Shown: positions 1 through 15,645, numbered from the stretch's first letter. The stretch is DNA of 64,000 nucleotides from Eledone cirrhosa (GCA_964016885.1 OZ024756.1:31434001-31498000); one strand, 5' to 3'. Notes: a model not told the origin generated them from the letters alone. Translations and numbers: made by a program.

Positions 1-365
1 TGGTATTGCTATTGTTGCTGTTGTTGTTATTTTTGTTTTTGTTTTTTCTTCTTCTTGCTGCTGTTATTTATAATGTACTTGTTGTTGCTGTTGTTGCTAT
101 TGTTGCTTCTTCTTCTTCTTCTTCTTCTTCTTCTTCTTCTTCTTCTTCTTCTTCTTCTTCTTCGCTTTCTTCGTTTTCATTTTTCTTCTGTTTTCTTCTT
201 CTTGTTGCTTTACTGCTTCTTCTTCTCCTCCTCCTCCTCCTTTTTCTTCTTCTTCTCCTCCTCATCCTTCTCCTCCTTTTTCTCCTCCTCCTTCTTCTTC
301 CTCTTGCTGCTGCTTTTATTGATAATGAAGTTGTTGTTGATATTGGTAGTTGTTGTTGCTGCTGC

Positions 366-426
<61 letters not shown>

Positions 427-545
427 GCTACTGCTGTTGCTGATATTTCTCAGTGTTATTGTTGTTGCTACTGCTGTTGCTGATATTTGTCAGTGTTATT
501 GTTGTTGTTGTTTGTGTTGCTATTGTTACTGTTGTTGTTTTTATG
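1..545. repeat. compound (TTG)n/(TTC)n/(CTG)n trinucleotide microsatellite
   Basis: Directly visible runs of tgt/tct/ctg; the overlapping ORFs are homopolymeric. Confidence 0.95.
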
Positions 546-933
546 CAATTTTGCATGTTAGTATAAATATAAAACAATGTGTTATTTCTACTTTGATAAG
601 ATTTTCCATAACAAAGCAGAGTTTTTTACTATATTTTTCTCAATACAAAGGAATTTTAAAGCATTGTCATAAAAATAATAATAACAATGAAAGTTATAAC
701 GTGGTGATAATGATGTATATATGTATGTAAGTATGTATGTATATATGAATATATGTACGTATGTGAGTAAGTATGTATGTATGTATGTATGTATGTATGT
801 ATGTATGTATGTATGTATGTATGTATGTATGTATCTATGTACGTATGTATGCGAGTATGTACGTGAATATGTATATATATATATATGTATATGTATGTAA
901 GTGTTTATTATCTATTTATAAGTGTATGTATTT

Positions 934-1003
<70 letters not shown>

Positions 1004-1089
1004 CATATATGTTGCTTAAGTACATCTCTCTATCTATCTATCTCTATCTCATATATAGACAGAGAGATTGACATGCCGACAGAAAGACA

Positions 1090-1123
<34 letters not shown>

Positions 1124-1124
<1 letters not shown>

Positions 1125-1300
1125 ATGCTTTGGGAGGGTCATTTTGCCAATAAGAAACACACGCACCAGTTGCTTTCACTCCAATTTATTATAAATTAAA
1201 TTTATAAATTCTTAAATTTATAAATTTAATTAATAATAAATTGAAGTGAAACAACTGGTGCGTGTGTTTCTTATTGGCAACTAGACCCTCCCAAAGCATA
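1124..1300. repeat. 177-bp imperfect palindrome (fold-back element) flanked by (TA)n
   Basis: tatgctttgggagggtc..ttgccaataagaaacacacgcaccagttg is mirrored by caactggtgcgtgtgtttcttattggcaa..gaccctcccaaagcata; centre ~1212. Related single termini occur at ~5368 and ~48233. Confidence 0.9.
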
Positions 1301-1391
1301 TATATATATTAAGAAGAGCAGAAACAAACAAACATTAAAGAATTTTTTTTTAATATTTTTTTTAATGATTTAAATATGTACCCGTTCATAT

Positions 1392-1471
1392 GCTATTACC
1401 GGCGGTTTCGCTTTACAAAAGGTTAGAGATTCGGAGAATTTCTAACAGAAAAGTAAAGTTCATCAGATAGC
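1392..1471 (-). ncRNA. type I hammerhead ribozyme motif (Penelope-like element/retrozyme type)
   Basis: Minus strand reads gctat-CTGATGA-actttac..gttagaaattc-tcc-gaatctctaac..gtaaagc-GAAA-c-cgccg-GTA^atagc: 5-bp stem I, intact core, extended stem II (A.C mismatch at the closing pair), short stem III, GUA triplet. Confidence 0.75.
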
Positions 1472-1796
1472 TATTTCCATTCAGTAGGAAACTAGTTCCA
1501 CAGTTTGCAAATATATTGCCAACTACCAGCTGGTGTGAGTAAGGCCGTTAGAATGACCCACACATGAACTGGCCACTAGAAAAAAAAAAATATATATATA
1601 TATGGGGGTACTTAAATACCCTCCCTCTTTCTCTCTTTATATATATATATATATATATGTGTGTATGTGTGTGTGTGTGTGTACATACACACACACATAC
1701 ACACACACATAGACAGACAGACTGACGATCCGACAGACAAACAGATAGATATATGCATATATATATATATATAGGGTTGCTTAAGTACCCTCCCCT

Positions 1797-1840
<44 letters not shown>

Positions 1841-2685
1841 CTCACTCTCTCCATTTATATATTTATATATATATATATATACATACACACACACAGAGAC
1901 ACATAGACAGACAGACAGACTAAGACTAACAGACAGATATATACGCAAGCTGCCAAGTAGGCAGAGTAGATAACTATACAGATCAGTACAGATGATACGA
2001 AGCTAGAAGATACGATATACGCAAAACAATTTCACTTTCCTTGTCCACCATTTTGAATCCGTGTTGTCCGTTGTCTTTTGTACGGCAGCAATAAGTGAAA
2101 TATTTAAGATTAAGTTAACTTTCTCGATTGAAAAAAGCAGAGTTGCTGAGATTTCAATCAAATTTTTTATCAAATGAAACTCGGATCCGTTTGACGATCA
2201 ATCAATTTTCTTCAAGACTGTGTCATGATCTATCATCTCGTTTATTCGGTGGATAAACCTCCTAATATGATAGATTCTAGAAACGTTGAAACGAAGATAG
2301 ATAGGTAAGGGGAGGTAATGAAGTATGGAGATGGGGAAGTTGGAAGGTAGAGAGGTGGAAAGGTAGGTGAGGGCGTAGGGAGTGATTTGGGTAGATATGT
2401 GACTAGGTAGGTAGGTATATGGTGTGAGTAGGTAGGGAGGTAAGGAGTAATTTGGGTATATATTGGGTAGGTAGGGAGGGAGGCTAGTAGGTAGGGAGAT
2501 GGCATGGGTAGGTAGAGAGGTAGAGAGGTAGGTAAGAAAGTAGTATGTGGGAAGGTATGTAGCTAAGTAGATTTGTAGGTAGGTAGGTAGGTAGGTAGGT
2601 AGGTAAGGCGGTAGATATGTAGCTAGGTAAGTAGGTAAGATATACAGGTAGGTTGTTAGGTAAAAGAAAAAAGCAGTATGTAGGA

Positions 2686-2995
2686 AGGTATGTAGCTAAG
2701 TAGATTTGTAGGTTGGTAGGTACATAGATATTTAGATATGTAATTAGATATATAGGTATGTAGCTAAATAGATTTGTAGGTAGGTAGGTACGTAGATATT
2801 TAGATATATAATTAGATATATAGGTATGTAGCTAAATAGATTTGTAGGTAGGTAGGTACGTAGATATTTAGATATATAATTAGATATATAGGTATGTAGC
2901 TAAATAGATTTGTAGGTAGGTAGGTACGTAGATATTTAGATCTGTACGTAGATATATAGATATGTAGATAAGTAGATTTGTAGGTAGGTAGGTAA
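2686..2995. repeat. 68-bp minisatellite (~4 copies) within a (TAGG)n-rich tract
   Basis: tagctaa(a/g)tagatttgtagg recurs at 2693, 2761, 2829, 2897. Confidence 0.85.
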
Positions 2996-3333
2996 GTCTG
3001 TAGATATGTAGCTAGGTAAATATGTAAGATATATAGGTAGGTCGTTAGGTAAGAAAGCAGTCTGAAGGAAAGTAGGGGAAATAATATTTAGACAGCAAGC
3101 AGTATTGTTTATCTCAGGACTGTCAACTCAAACAAATTATTTCTATTATGACGAACCAGTTATCTAACTAACTTTTAACACTCTCATATGTAACGTTCTT
3201 ATTTGTATTTAATTCGTTTATTTCTAATTACGTTACAGTTTACTGTACTTCCTAAATCACTGTTTTCATTTGCATACACACACATCATTTTATATATAAA
3301 TATCATATATATGTGTGTATATATATGCGTGTG

Positions 3334-3382
<49 letters not shown>

Positions 3383-3508
3383 GAGTGGATATTTGTGAAG
3401 GTGCTGCTGTATGTGTTTGTATGTGTATGTATGCATATACGCATACACATATAATATATATGATTATATATCTGTATCACATATATATGTATATTTACAT
3501 ACATATGC

Positions 3509-3600
<92 letters not shown>

Positions 3601-4080
3601 GTGTGTGTATGTATATATATATGTGTGTGTGTGTGTGTATTCATATGTGTGAACACCCCTGTGAGTGTGTGTATGTATACATACATACATACATACATAC
3701 ATACATACATACATACATACACACATACATACATACGTACATATATACATATATACATATATACATACATATACGTGTGAGTTATCTAATTATCTAATTC
3801 CCAGACATTGCTGAAACAGAGACAACACAGCAATAACACCAACGACAACAACAAGCATAACAACAACAACAACAAGCACAACAGCAACAACAAGCACAAC
3901 AGCAACAAAAACAAGCACAACAGCAGCATTATACATTCATTAACCTATGCAAGAAACAACACCCGCTCCTATCACAATGTTTTCTTTCGCGTCGACATAA
4001 CGTTGATGGCACCGATTACAACATGAACAACACCAACAACAATATCAACAACATCAACAACAACAACAGCAACAGTGACG

Positions 4081-4136
4081 ACTACAACGACAATAACAAC
4101 TATCACTACTATTACTCCCACTACTACTAATATACA

Positions 4137-4185
<49 letters not shown>

Positions 4186-4261
4186 GCTGCTGCTGCTACT
4201 AATACTACAACTACTACTACTACTGCTACTATTACTACTACTACTACTACTACTACTATTA

Positions 4262-4296
<35 letters not shown>

Positions 4297-4340
4297 ACTA
4301 ATACTAATACTACAACTACTACTACTACTGCTACTATTAT

Positions 4341-4375
<35 letters not shown>

Positions 4376-4376
4376 T

Positions 4377-4413
<37 letters not shown>

Positions 4414-4466
4414 ACTACTACTAATACTAATACTACAACTACTACTACTGCTACTATTACTACTAT

Positions 4467-4509
<43 letters not shown>

Positions 4510-4664
4510 GTTACTACTACTATTACTACTACAACTACTACTACTGCTACTATTACTACTATTACTACTACTTCTACTACTACTACTACTACTACTACTA
4601 CTATTACTACTACTACTACTACTATTACTACTACTATTACTATTACTACTACTACTACTACTAT

Positions 4665-4717
<53 letters not shown>

Positions 4718-4967
4718 TTACTACTACTACTACTACTATTACTACTACTATTACTATTACTACTACTACTACTACTATTACTACTACTACTACTACTACT
4801 GTTACTACTACTATTACTACTACAACTACTACTACTGCTACTATTACTACTATTACTACTACTTCTACTACTACTACTACTACTACTACTACTATTACTA
4901 CTACTACTACTACTATTACTACTACTATTACTATTACTACTACTACTACTAATATTACTACTACTAC

Positions 4968-5002
<35 letters not shown>

Positions 5003-5087
5003 TTACTACTACTACTACTACTATTACTACTACTATTACTACTACTACTACTACTACTACTACTATTACTACTACTACTACTACTGT

Positions 5088-5140
<53 letters not shown>

Positions 5141-5141
5141 T

Positions 5142-5197
<56 letters not shown>
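4081..5197. repeat. ~1.1-kb (ACT)n microsatellite with ATT/GCT/GTT interruptions
   Basis: Directly visible; produces the poly-Thr ORF 4075..5220. Confidence 0.95.
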
Positions 5198-5198
<1 letters not shown>

Positions 5199-6392
5199 GG
5201 CAGAGATCAAACGTCAGTAAATGAAATCATAAATTGTTATAAGATGGTGAAAATGAGATTCTAAGTCTCTAGCGAACGAACGATTTCGACCACTTTCCTC
5301 TTTGATTCCAATTTTCTCTCTCTATATATATGTGTGTGTATGTTTTCTTGTATATATATATATATATTGTTATATTTGGGGAGGGTCATATTGTTATGAT
5401 ATTGCCAGAAATAATAGAACACATTCACTGTTTGGTTGGTTTTCGTTTCTGTGTCTTTTATATCTCCATAGTTAATTTATCTGGCAATCAATGTTTATCA
5501 TTGATTGCCCAACGGTTAAAAATACAGATATAAATATATCGAAGGTATATATTAGAAACTCAAAATAGTCTCCTACAATTAAATAGCTGAAAGAAAGAAG
5601 TTTTTCTGAGCCGTGTAATATAATTGAATATACAAGAGAGATAAACGCAAATATAAACATACATGTGTTCAAATTGTACGGGACCAGGTTCACTAGGGTG
5701 AAAAAGATGCTAACTATAACAATATGGTTTGCCACACTCAATTTAAAGTAATAAATCAAGAAAAAGAAAAACAAACCTATATTTGGCAACTGCCTGAATA
5801 TATAAATATATATATATTGTCTATCAAAGTTCTTTCGTCACATCTATGATATTATCTATCTTTCTCTCTATATATATACATATATACACACATATATTTA
5901 CTCTATTACCCTATTATGTGTTCCAACCGACAGGCTGAGACCAAGACCAAGCTGGGACAACACCATATATGTTCCTTAAAATGGAACAAAAGCGCTACCT
6001 AAGGTTTGAAGGCCCAATATTGACCAAATCTTCAGATTGTAAGAGAGGTCAAATTTATAACACAATCTATCTTTGAGTTATTTTCCTTTGTTATAATAAG
6101 GCGTTTAGACAAGTTTGAAGTTACCATTAAAAATAAGGCACGTTAAAACACTTGTTTACGAAAACGTATTATAACAATGGGAAATAATTCAATGATATAA
6201 ATATAAAATGGCAAAGTATATGTGATTGTGTTTGTGTGTGTATTTGTGTGTGTGCACTATAGCATGTGTAAGGTATTATGTGGTGATAAATAGTATAGAA
6301 ATCTTAATCTATTAAGCTATGAATTTAAGTGGTATAGTAATCTTATGTGAGACTCCTTTCTGCTTTAATTTCCATATGTATGTGTGTATGTC

Positions 6393-6425
<33 letters not shown>

Positions 6426-6462
6426 ATGTAGTAAGAGAGAGAGAGCGAGAGACAAACAGACT

Positions 6463-7210
<748 letters not shown>

Positions 7211-7355
7211 ATGGATAGGCAGATAGATGCATAGATAGATAGAAACGCTTCATTATCATCGTCATCAACAACAACAACAACAGAAACACAAGCAGCAGCA
7301 GCAACAACAACAATAGCACCAGAGGAAGCAATGATCCGTTTTGATCAAATTTCAG

Positions 7356-7436
7356 AGCCTAAATTCCATGAATGGTACCAAGAATCTTGACTTTATCAAT
7401 GCTGGATTGTTTCAAGATAGAAGAATTACCAATTGT
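7356..7436 (+). CDS. candidate 81-nt internal exon (SLNSMNGTKNLDFINAGLFQDRRITNC), gene unknown
   Basis: tttcag acceptor, gtgagt donor, length divisible by 3, only one frame open; complex sequence between simple repeats. Confidence 0.35.
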
Positions 7437-7565
7437 GTGAGTACGCCATAATGATCCGTTGTGTGTGTATGTGCGCATGCGTGAGTGTTTATATGCGTAG
7501 GCTTTTGTTTTGTGTCTACTGTGTGTGTGTATGTGCAATGATATGTGCGTACATTTGTATTTGGG

Positions 7566-7600
<35 letters not shown>

Positions 7601-7649
7601 TTGTATATATATATATATGTGTGTGTGTGTTATGTATATATATATATAC

Positions 7650-7680
<31 letters not shown>

Positions 7681-7953
7681 TTTGTGTCACTGTGTCTGTG
7701 TACGTGTGTATGTGTGTACGTCAGTGTGTGCATGTATGGACGTGCGTCTGTGTATGTGTGCGTTTACGTGAGAATTATTGCGTTTATGCGTACATATGTA
7801 CGTGTGTATGTGTACGTATGTATGTGAAACTCATACATTCACACACAGTGGTAAAAATACATACATGTATACACACATACGAACACACACGTTTAAATAG
7901 CGACACAAACATAAACACGTACACATACACAATCACAAATATACGGTCACATG

Positions 7954-8039
<86 letters not shown>

Positions 8040-8753
8040 CACACACACATATATATACACACAGAAGACATGCACACACATATACACAAGTATATGCAAA
8101 TAGAGACATGCACAGATATACACATACATACATACATACACAGGCACGTACATACATACACATACATGCCCACATACACGTACATATATACACACAAAAA
8201 CATGCACACACATACACACATATTCATACGTATATACATATAGAGGCATATACATATAGAGATATACACACATACACATACATGCTCACATATACGTACA
8301 TATATACACACAAAAACATGCACACACATACACACATATTCATACGTATATACATATAGAGGCATACACATACACAGGAACGTACACACATACACATTCA
8401 TATCGACACACAAAGACATGCACACACATATATACACAATATTCATACGTATATACATATAGAGGCATACACACATACACATTCATATATACACACAAAG
8501 GCATGTACACACATACACACATATTTCACACGTATATACATATAGAGGCATACACACATACACATACATACCTACATACACGTACATACACATTTACAAC
8601 CGTCGCCTTGTTTATCGTTCTTCACAAAAATCGATCTTTGCTGTGTAACCCAATCAGATCGGTAACCATAGCAACCATCCATTGAACACTGTTCGCTTGA
8701 TTTAGTTATATTTCATTGATTTACTTATTTATTTGTTTGCTCTAAATACATAC

Positions 8754-8784
<31 letters not shown>

Positions 8785-10304
8785 TAGATATATATATATA
8801 CATGCATACACACATATATACATACATATATACACACATACATACATATATATATACATATATACATACATACATATATACATATACACATACATACGTA
8901 CATAAATACATATATATATATACATACATACATACATATATATATACACACATACATACATATATACATACATATATACATATATACATACACACATACA
9001 CACATACATACATACTGTATATATATACACACATACATACATATATACATACATATATACATACATACACACATACACACATACATACATAAATACATAC
9101 ACACATACATACCTATATACATACACACACATACATACACACACATACACACACATACACACACAAACACACACACACACATATGTACATACACACAATT
9201 ATACGCAAACATACACACATACATGCATACATATATACACTCATACACATGCAACAACACACATACGCATATACACACACAGACAGACACACATACATGT
9301 ACACGTACACATATATATACACATATACATATACACAGACATGCACATAGACATACACTCACACAGAGACAGACACACATGCACACACACACACACACAC
9401 ATATATACACATGTATACATATAACAGACGTATACACATACATACACATGCACCAACACACACACATATATATATATATATATTCATACACACACACAGA
9501 CATACACATGCACATACACATATGCACACATACACACGTACACCCATACAGACACACACATATACACCCCCCCCCCATCTATACAACCCACACCCACACC
9601 CCACCCCCACCCACCACCCACCATATACTCTTTCTTCCTCCCCGGCTCCTCCTACAACCACCCACCACCATCACCACCGTCTACACTTCTACAATCTCCC
9701 TCCTCCGTCTTCCACCCTCCTCCCCCTTTATCACATACTTTCTCCACCCCCACACACCGCCACAATTGCCCCTACTCCTCCGCCTCTCTCCACCGTTCAT
9801 CCTCTTGTCCTTCGCCCCTCCCCTCCACTTCCACACCACCCCCACCCCCACCCCACTCCCCCACCGCCCCCATCCTTCCCCTCCCTAGTTCTACTAGTTC
9901 TTGTTTTTTTCTGATTTTTAGTTGGGTTTTTTCTTTTTCTTTCTATTTCCCGCCTTTTTATCATTTGGCGGGAATATTTGAGGAATCACGCGATCAATAA
10001 TTGATGATATGGCTTGTATTGGTATTGGTGGTTCGGGGGGGGGGGGGGAGGGGACTGTTGGCGGTGTTGGTGGTGGTGGTGATAACGGTGGTGGTGATTA
10101 TTGTGTTGGCGGTGCTGGTGGTGGTTGTGGTGGTGGTGGTGATGGTGATGGTGGTGCAGTTGATGTTGATGGTGGTGGTGGTGGTCGTGGAGGTGGTGGT
10201 GGTGGCGTTTGGTACTAGTATTGTTGATATCATTGGTTAGTGGTGATGCTGTTGTTGCTATTGGTGATGGCCGTGGGTGGTGGTGGTGATGGTGGTGGTG
10301 GTAG

Positions 10305-10353
<49 letters not shown>

Positions 10354-10555
10354 GGTGGTGCTAGTACTGTTGATATCACTGCTCAGTGTCCTGATGGTGG
10401 TGGTAGTGGTGCTGCTGCTGCTTCTGTTGTTGTTGTTGGTGGTGGTGGTAACAGCTGCAGTTATTGCTGCCTTTTGCTGCTGTTACCATTGTGGTTCTTG
10501 CTTGACTAAGAAAGCCTGCGAGCCTATCTTGTTTTTAAATAAGCATGCTCTACCC

Positions 10556-10620
10556 CAGGGGTAGGAAAACTGCGGTCCGCGAGCCAAATGCGACCCGCCA
10601 AAGAGTTTTTGCGGCCCATT
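10556..10620 (+). mobile_element. hAT-Charlie-like DNA transposon terminus fragment
   Basis: caggggtaggaaaactgcggtccgcgagccaaatgcgacccgcc resembles the CAGGGGT-(GCGGCCCGC)n ends of Charlie/MER58-type hAT elements; matching opposite end not found. Confidence 0.55.
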
Positions 10621-10830
10621 GAAGCATTCGGCGAATTAATGAAAAAATAATAATCGACAAATATTCATATATTATACTGAGATTAGATCTAGTTACGTTT
10701 TTGTTCTGGTATGTTTTCTGATGTACAGACACAAATTAAAAGACTCAACAATTGATCACCTCGTGGGTCTGTCATTCATTGCCGTTGCCAAGTCCTGGAT
10801 TCCAATACCAGAATCTATGGAGATGACATT

Positions 10831-11150
10831 GGGATAGGAGAGGATGCGCCCCTGTTATTAGTGACTGATTGTGGTTTCCAAAGCAGTAATGGGGGCACAG
10901 CCTCATAGGTGGCCCGATGGCAGTGGGCAGCAAATCGGGATAGGAAAGCTTGTGCCCCCTGTTATTAGTGACTGTTTGTGGTTTCCAAAGCACTAATGGG
11001 GACACAGCCTCGTAGGTGGCCCGATGGCAGTGGGCAGCAAATCGGGATAGGAAAGCTTGTGCCCCCTGTTATTAGTGACTGCTTGTGGTTTCCAAAGCAC
11101 TAATGGGGACACAGCCTCGTAGGTGGCACGATGGCTGTGGCCAGCAAATC
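10831..11150. repeat. ~107-bp tandem repeat, 3 copies
   Basis: gggatagga recurs at 10831, 10937, 11044; copies 2 and 3 nearly identical. Confidence 0.9.
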
Positions 11151-11952
11151 TTACTCTCCTTTTACGTACAACACTTTGGTTAATCCATTGCTCTAAGAAG
11201 TAAAGAAAGGTTCCATTAGATATATCTATTTTTAACTACATTATATTGAACCATTTTTGGAATGTAACACCTCACAAATTCCTTCAATTTTCACTTTCGC
11301 TGAGTCACTAAAAAATATTTAAATGGATGCTGACTTTAACGTCACTCTGTATAATAATCACCCCGGAGAGAGATAGAGTAAAAGAGACAAGAAGAAAGAG
11401 AGGTGTGTGTGTGTGTGTGTGGATAGGTGCGTGTGTGGATAAGTGTGTGTGCGAGTGAGAGAGAGAGGAATGTGTGTGTGGATGGGTGTGTGTGTGCGTG
11501 TGGGGATAGGTATGTGTGTGTGCGAGTGCGAAAGAGAGGAATATGTGTGTGGATGTGTGGATGTGTGGATGGGTGTGTGTGTGGATGGGTGTGTGTGCGA
11601 GTGAGAGAGAGAGGAATGTGTGTGTGGATGGGTGTGTGTGCGAGTGACAGAGAGAAAGAGTCCGAGGGACAGGGGGATGTGTGCTGTGTGCGTGTGTGGA
11701 TGGGGGTGAGTATGCGAGTGAGAGAGAGAGAGGAATGTGTGCGTGCGGATGGGTGTGTGTGTGTGTGTGCGAGTGAGAGAGAGAGAAAGAGAAAGAGTCC
11801 GAGAGACAGGGAGAGAGAGAGGATGTGTGTGTGAGAGAGAGGGAGAAAGAATCTGAAAGAGAGCGAGAGGATATGTGAGAGAGAGAAAGGGAAAGTGTCA
11901 GTGAGAGAGAGAGAAAGAGTCTGAGAGAGAGGGAGAGAGAGTGAGGGAGAGA

Positions 11953-12035
<83 letters not shown>

Positions 12036-12379
12036 GAGAGAGAGAGAGAGAGCTAATGAAGAAACTATCACAATCGTGACAGCTGTAATGGCGGCGAAAA
12101 TTGAGCTACGATAAGAGACGTTGAATGTCTTGTTTCTCTGTTTTGTGTTATAGTTGTTACGGTTGTTTAGCCCCAGGTCAACAGTGATTGAACAGACAGG
12201 CATATGATCAAAGACATTCCAACGATTTTTACACTGTTGTTGTTGATATTAATGTTGTTTCTAGATTTCTGCGACAGTAATGGTGCCTGGCTTGTTTGTG
12301 TTGGAGTTCGTTCCAAGATATCAAGGTCGTAAGTTCGATTCCAGACACCGTTGTTGTTGATATTAATGATTTCTTATAT

Positions 12380-12543
12380 AGGCACGAGGCCAGCAATTTT
12401 GGGAGAGGGGAAAGTCGACCCCATAAGGATGAAAGGCAAAGTTAACCTCGGCGTCATTTGAACTCAGACCGTAAAGGACCGTAACTCTATGCTGCTGCAA
12501 AGCATGGCGTCCGACCCTCTACCTATACTGCCAATCCACCGTC
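12380..12543 (-). mobile_element. tRNA-derived SINE (family A), internally deleted
   Basis: Reverse complement contains B-box-like gagttcaaat and the family core gcctttcatcctt; matches other copies in the window. Confidence 0.8.
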
Positions 12544-13121
12544 CTTGTTGATGTTAATGTTGTTGTTTCTAGATTTCTGAGACAGTAATGGTGCCTGGCT
12601 TGTTGTTTGTGTTGGAGTGATAGTGGTGGCGGTTTTGGTGGTGGTGGTGGTGGTGATGGCGTTGGTGGTGATGGTGTTGGTGGGGGTGGTGTTGGTGGTG
12701 ATGGTGTTGGTGGTGATGGTGGGGGGGGGGGGGGGGGGGGCGTTGCTGGGGGGGGGGGCGTTGGTGGTGATGGTGTTGGTGGGGGTGGTGTTGGTGGTGA
12801 TGGTGTTGGTGGTGATGGGGGGGGGATGGTGTTGGTGGTGATGGTGTTGGTGGGGGTGGTGTTGGTGGTGATGGTGTTGGTGGTGATGGTGTTGGTGGTG
12901 ATGGTGTTGGTGGGGGTGGTGTTGGTGGTGATGGTGTTGGTGGTGATGGTGTTGGTGGTGATGGTGTTGGTGGGGAGGGGGTGATGGCGTTGCTGGTGAT
13001 GGTGTTGGCGGTGATGGGGGGGGCGTTGGTGGTGATGGCGTTGCTGGTGATGGTGGTGGTGGCGATGGCGTTGGTGGGGGTGGTGAAGGTTTTGGTTAGG
13101 GGCTAATGGTGGTGGTGATGT

Positions 13122-13156
<35 letters not shown>

Positions 13157-13730
13157 GTGATGGTGATGGTGGTGGTGGTGTTGGTGATGATGGTGATGGT
13201 GGTGGTGGTGGGGCTAATGGTGAAGGTTCTGGTTAGGGGCTAATGGTGGTGGTGGTGTTGGTGGTAATATTGGTAACGATAAGATAACTTGTTTTGTCGG
13301 CAGAACTGAGAGAATTTGACTTTCGAGGACGATATTGGTAAATAATACAGTGTTGAATAATAAATCTCGTTTACAGATCGATAGCATTCACAGAGAAAAT
13401 CGATAACTAAGAAGGAGAGATTACAGCAAAGATTGTTTCAGTGGTGATAGTGGTGGTGGTGGTGGTGGTGGTGGTGGTGGTGGTGGTGGTGGTGGTGATG
13501 AAGGTGATGATGGTGGTGGCGGTGGTGGTGGTGGTGGTGGTGGTGATGAAGGTGATGATGAAGGTGATGATGAAGGTGATGATGATGTCGTTGTTGCTGT
13601 TGTGGTTGTTATTGTTGCTGCCGTTGCTGTTGCGGTTGCTATTGCTATGGTTCTTCTTGTTGTTGTGGTGGTGTTGGTGATACTTGTGGTTATGGCGGCG
13701 GTGGAATCTAGAACCACATTATATAATTGT

Positions 13731-13908
13731 ATCTACATTTGGCACAAGGCCAGCAATTACCCTACAGCATTACTGGTACTTTATTTTATCGACCCCGTAA
13801 CGATGAAAGGCAAAGTTTACCTCGGCGGGATTTGAACTCAGAACGTAAAGGGCCATAACTCTATGCTAAAAAACATGGTGTCTGACGCATTACCGTTTCT
13901 GCCAATCC
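13731..13908 (-). mobile_element. tRNA-derived SINE (family A)
   Basis: ggcacaaggccagcaatt..ctggtactttattttatcgacccc..gatgaaaggcaaag..tttgaactcaga shared with copies at 24580, 29288, 44481. Confidence 0.85.
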
Positions 13909-14205
13909 AAATGCGCCCTTCGCATATTTTTGAAACGCTGGAGTGTACTTTGAGGGAGATTTCATAACTACATCTAACGAATCTGGTGGCCCCTTTGGGT
14001 CCCTCTCCACATTGGGTCGGGCTGGAGGAGGAGTAACAGTGAGAAACAACAAATGCGAGGAGAAGGGATTGAGGAGAGAGAGAGAGATAGTGAGTGAAGT
14101 ATGAAAGAAGAGAAGGGCAAGAAGGAGATAGAAACAGGAGAGAGAAATAAAGTGAATACAGATTTAAAGCTTATTTGCATTTTAGCTATAATATTTAGGT
14201 ATGGC

Positions 14206-14263
<58 letters not shown>

Positions 14264-14276
14264 TAGATATGTAGAC

Positions 14277-14368
<92 letters not shown>

Positions 14369-14632
14369 GGAGAGGTGGGTGGAAAGAGAGAAAGAAACAG
14401 AAAATGAGTTAAAAAGAGAGAGGAGGAGGAAAAGTGAGTAAGAGATATGTCAGCTACTAACTCCCTCTTTTCCTTCACCTTCTCTCTCTCTCTCTCTCTC
14501 CCTCTCTCTCCCTCTCTCTCCCTAACGTTTAGATGAAAGTTAAAGGTGATTGAAGGTCGTTTCACACATACAGACAGATACACTCATACAAAATATGTAT
14601 GTATATATATACAGATATATATATATACATAC

Positions 14633-14729
<97 letters not shown>

Positions 14730-14743
14730 TCTCTCTCTCTCTC

Positions 14744-14897
<154 letters not shown>

Positions 14898-14915
14898 CAT
14901 GTATATAGATATCTG

Positions 14916-14966
<51 letters not shown>

Positions 14967-14992
14967 GTGGATGTATATATATACAGATATAC

Positions 14993-15045
<53 letters not shown>

Positions 15046-15429
15046 ATGAGAGATGGAGAGAGAGTGAGAGAGAGAGAGGGGGAGAGAGCCATATAGAGAC
15101 ACAGTGGCACACACAAACACAAACACATACGGCGAGAATCACACGAACAGACACACAGACACATACACACACACACATACACACACGTCGTCCATACAAA
15201 CTCACAAGTTACATGCTATATTGTGAAGCGGTGTGTACCTACAAGTGCGACTTATACACGACTTATACATGACTTATACATGACTTATACGCTATACTTG
15301 CTCTGTAGATGTAATATTGTTAAATGGATCGCATGGTTATGAGTTCAAATTTGTTGCTGATGTAAAAACAACAGCAGTTTTTTTTTTGAGAATGGTTTGA
15401 CTGATATTTCCAACATATCAAGCGATATA

Positions 15430-15539
<110 letters not shown>

Positions 15540-15605
15540 GGGCACACAAGCAATAGGACGTGTGTTTTTTTCCTGCCGGCTGCATATCAAACTTATCGCC
15601 AAGCG

Positions 15606-15645
<40 letters not shown>

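Noticed and set aside
3805-5220. Mucin-like poly-Thr ORF in frame with upstream ORF 3808..4026 across one TGA
   Set aside because: Almost entirely (ACT)n/(ACA)n; openness is expected from the microsatellite and no signal peptide or domain is visible.
5990-6040. Minus-strand CTGAAGA..caaac..GTA hammerhead-like string
   Set aside because: GAAA is absent and stem I cannot form.
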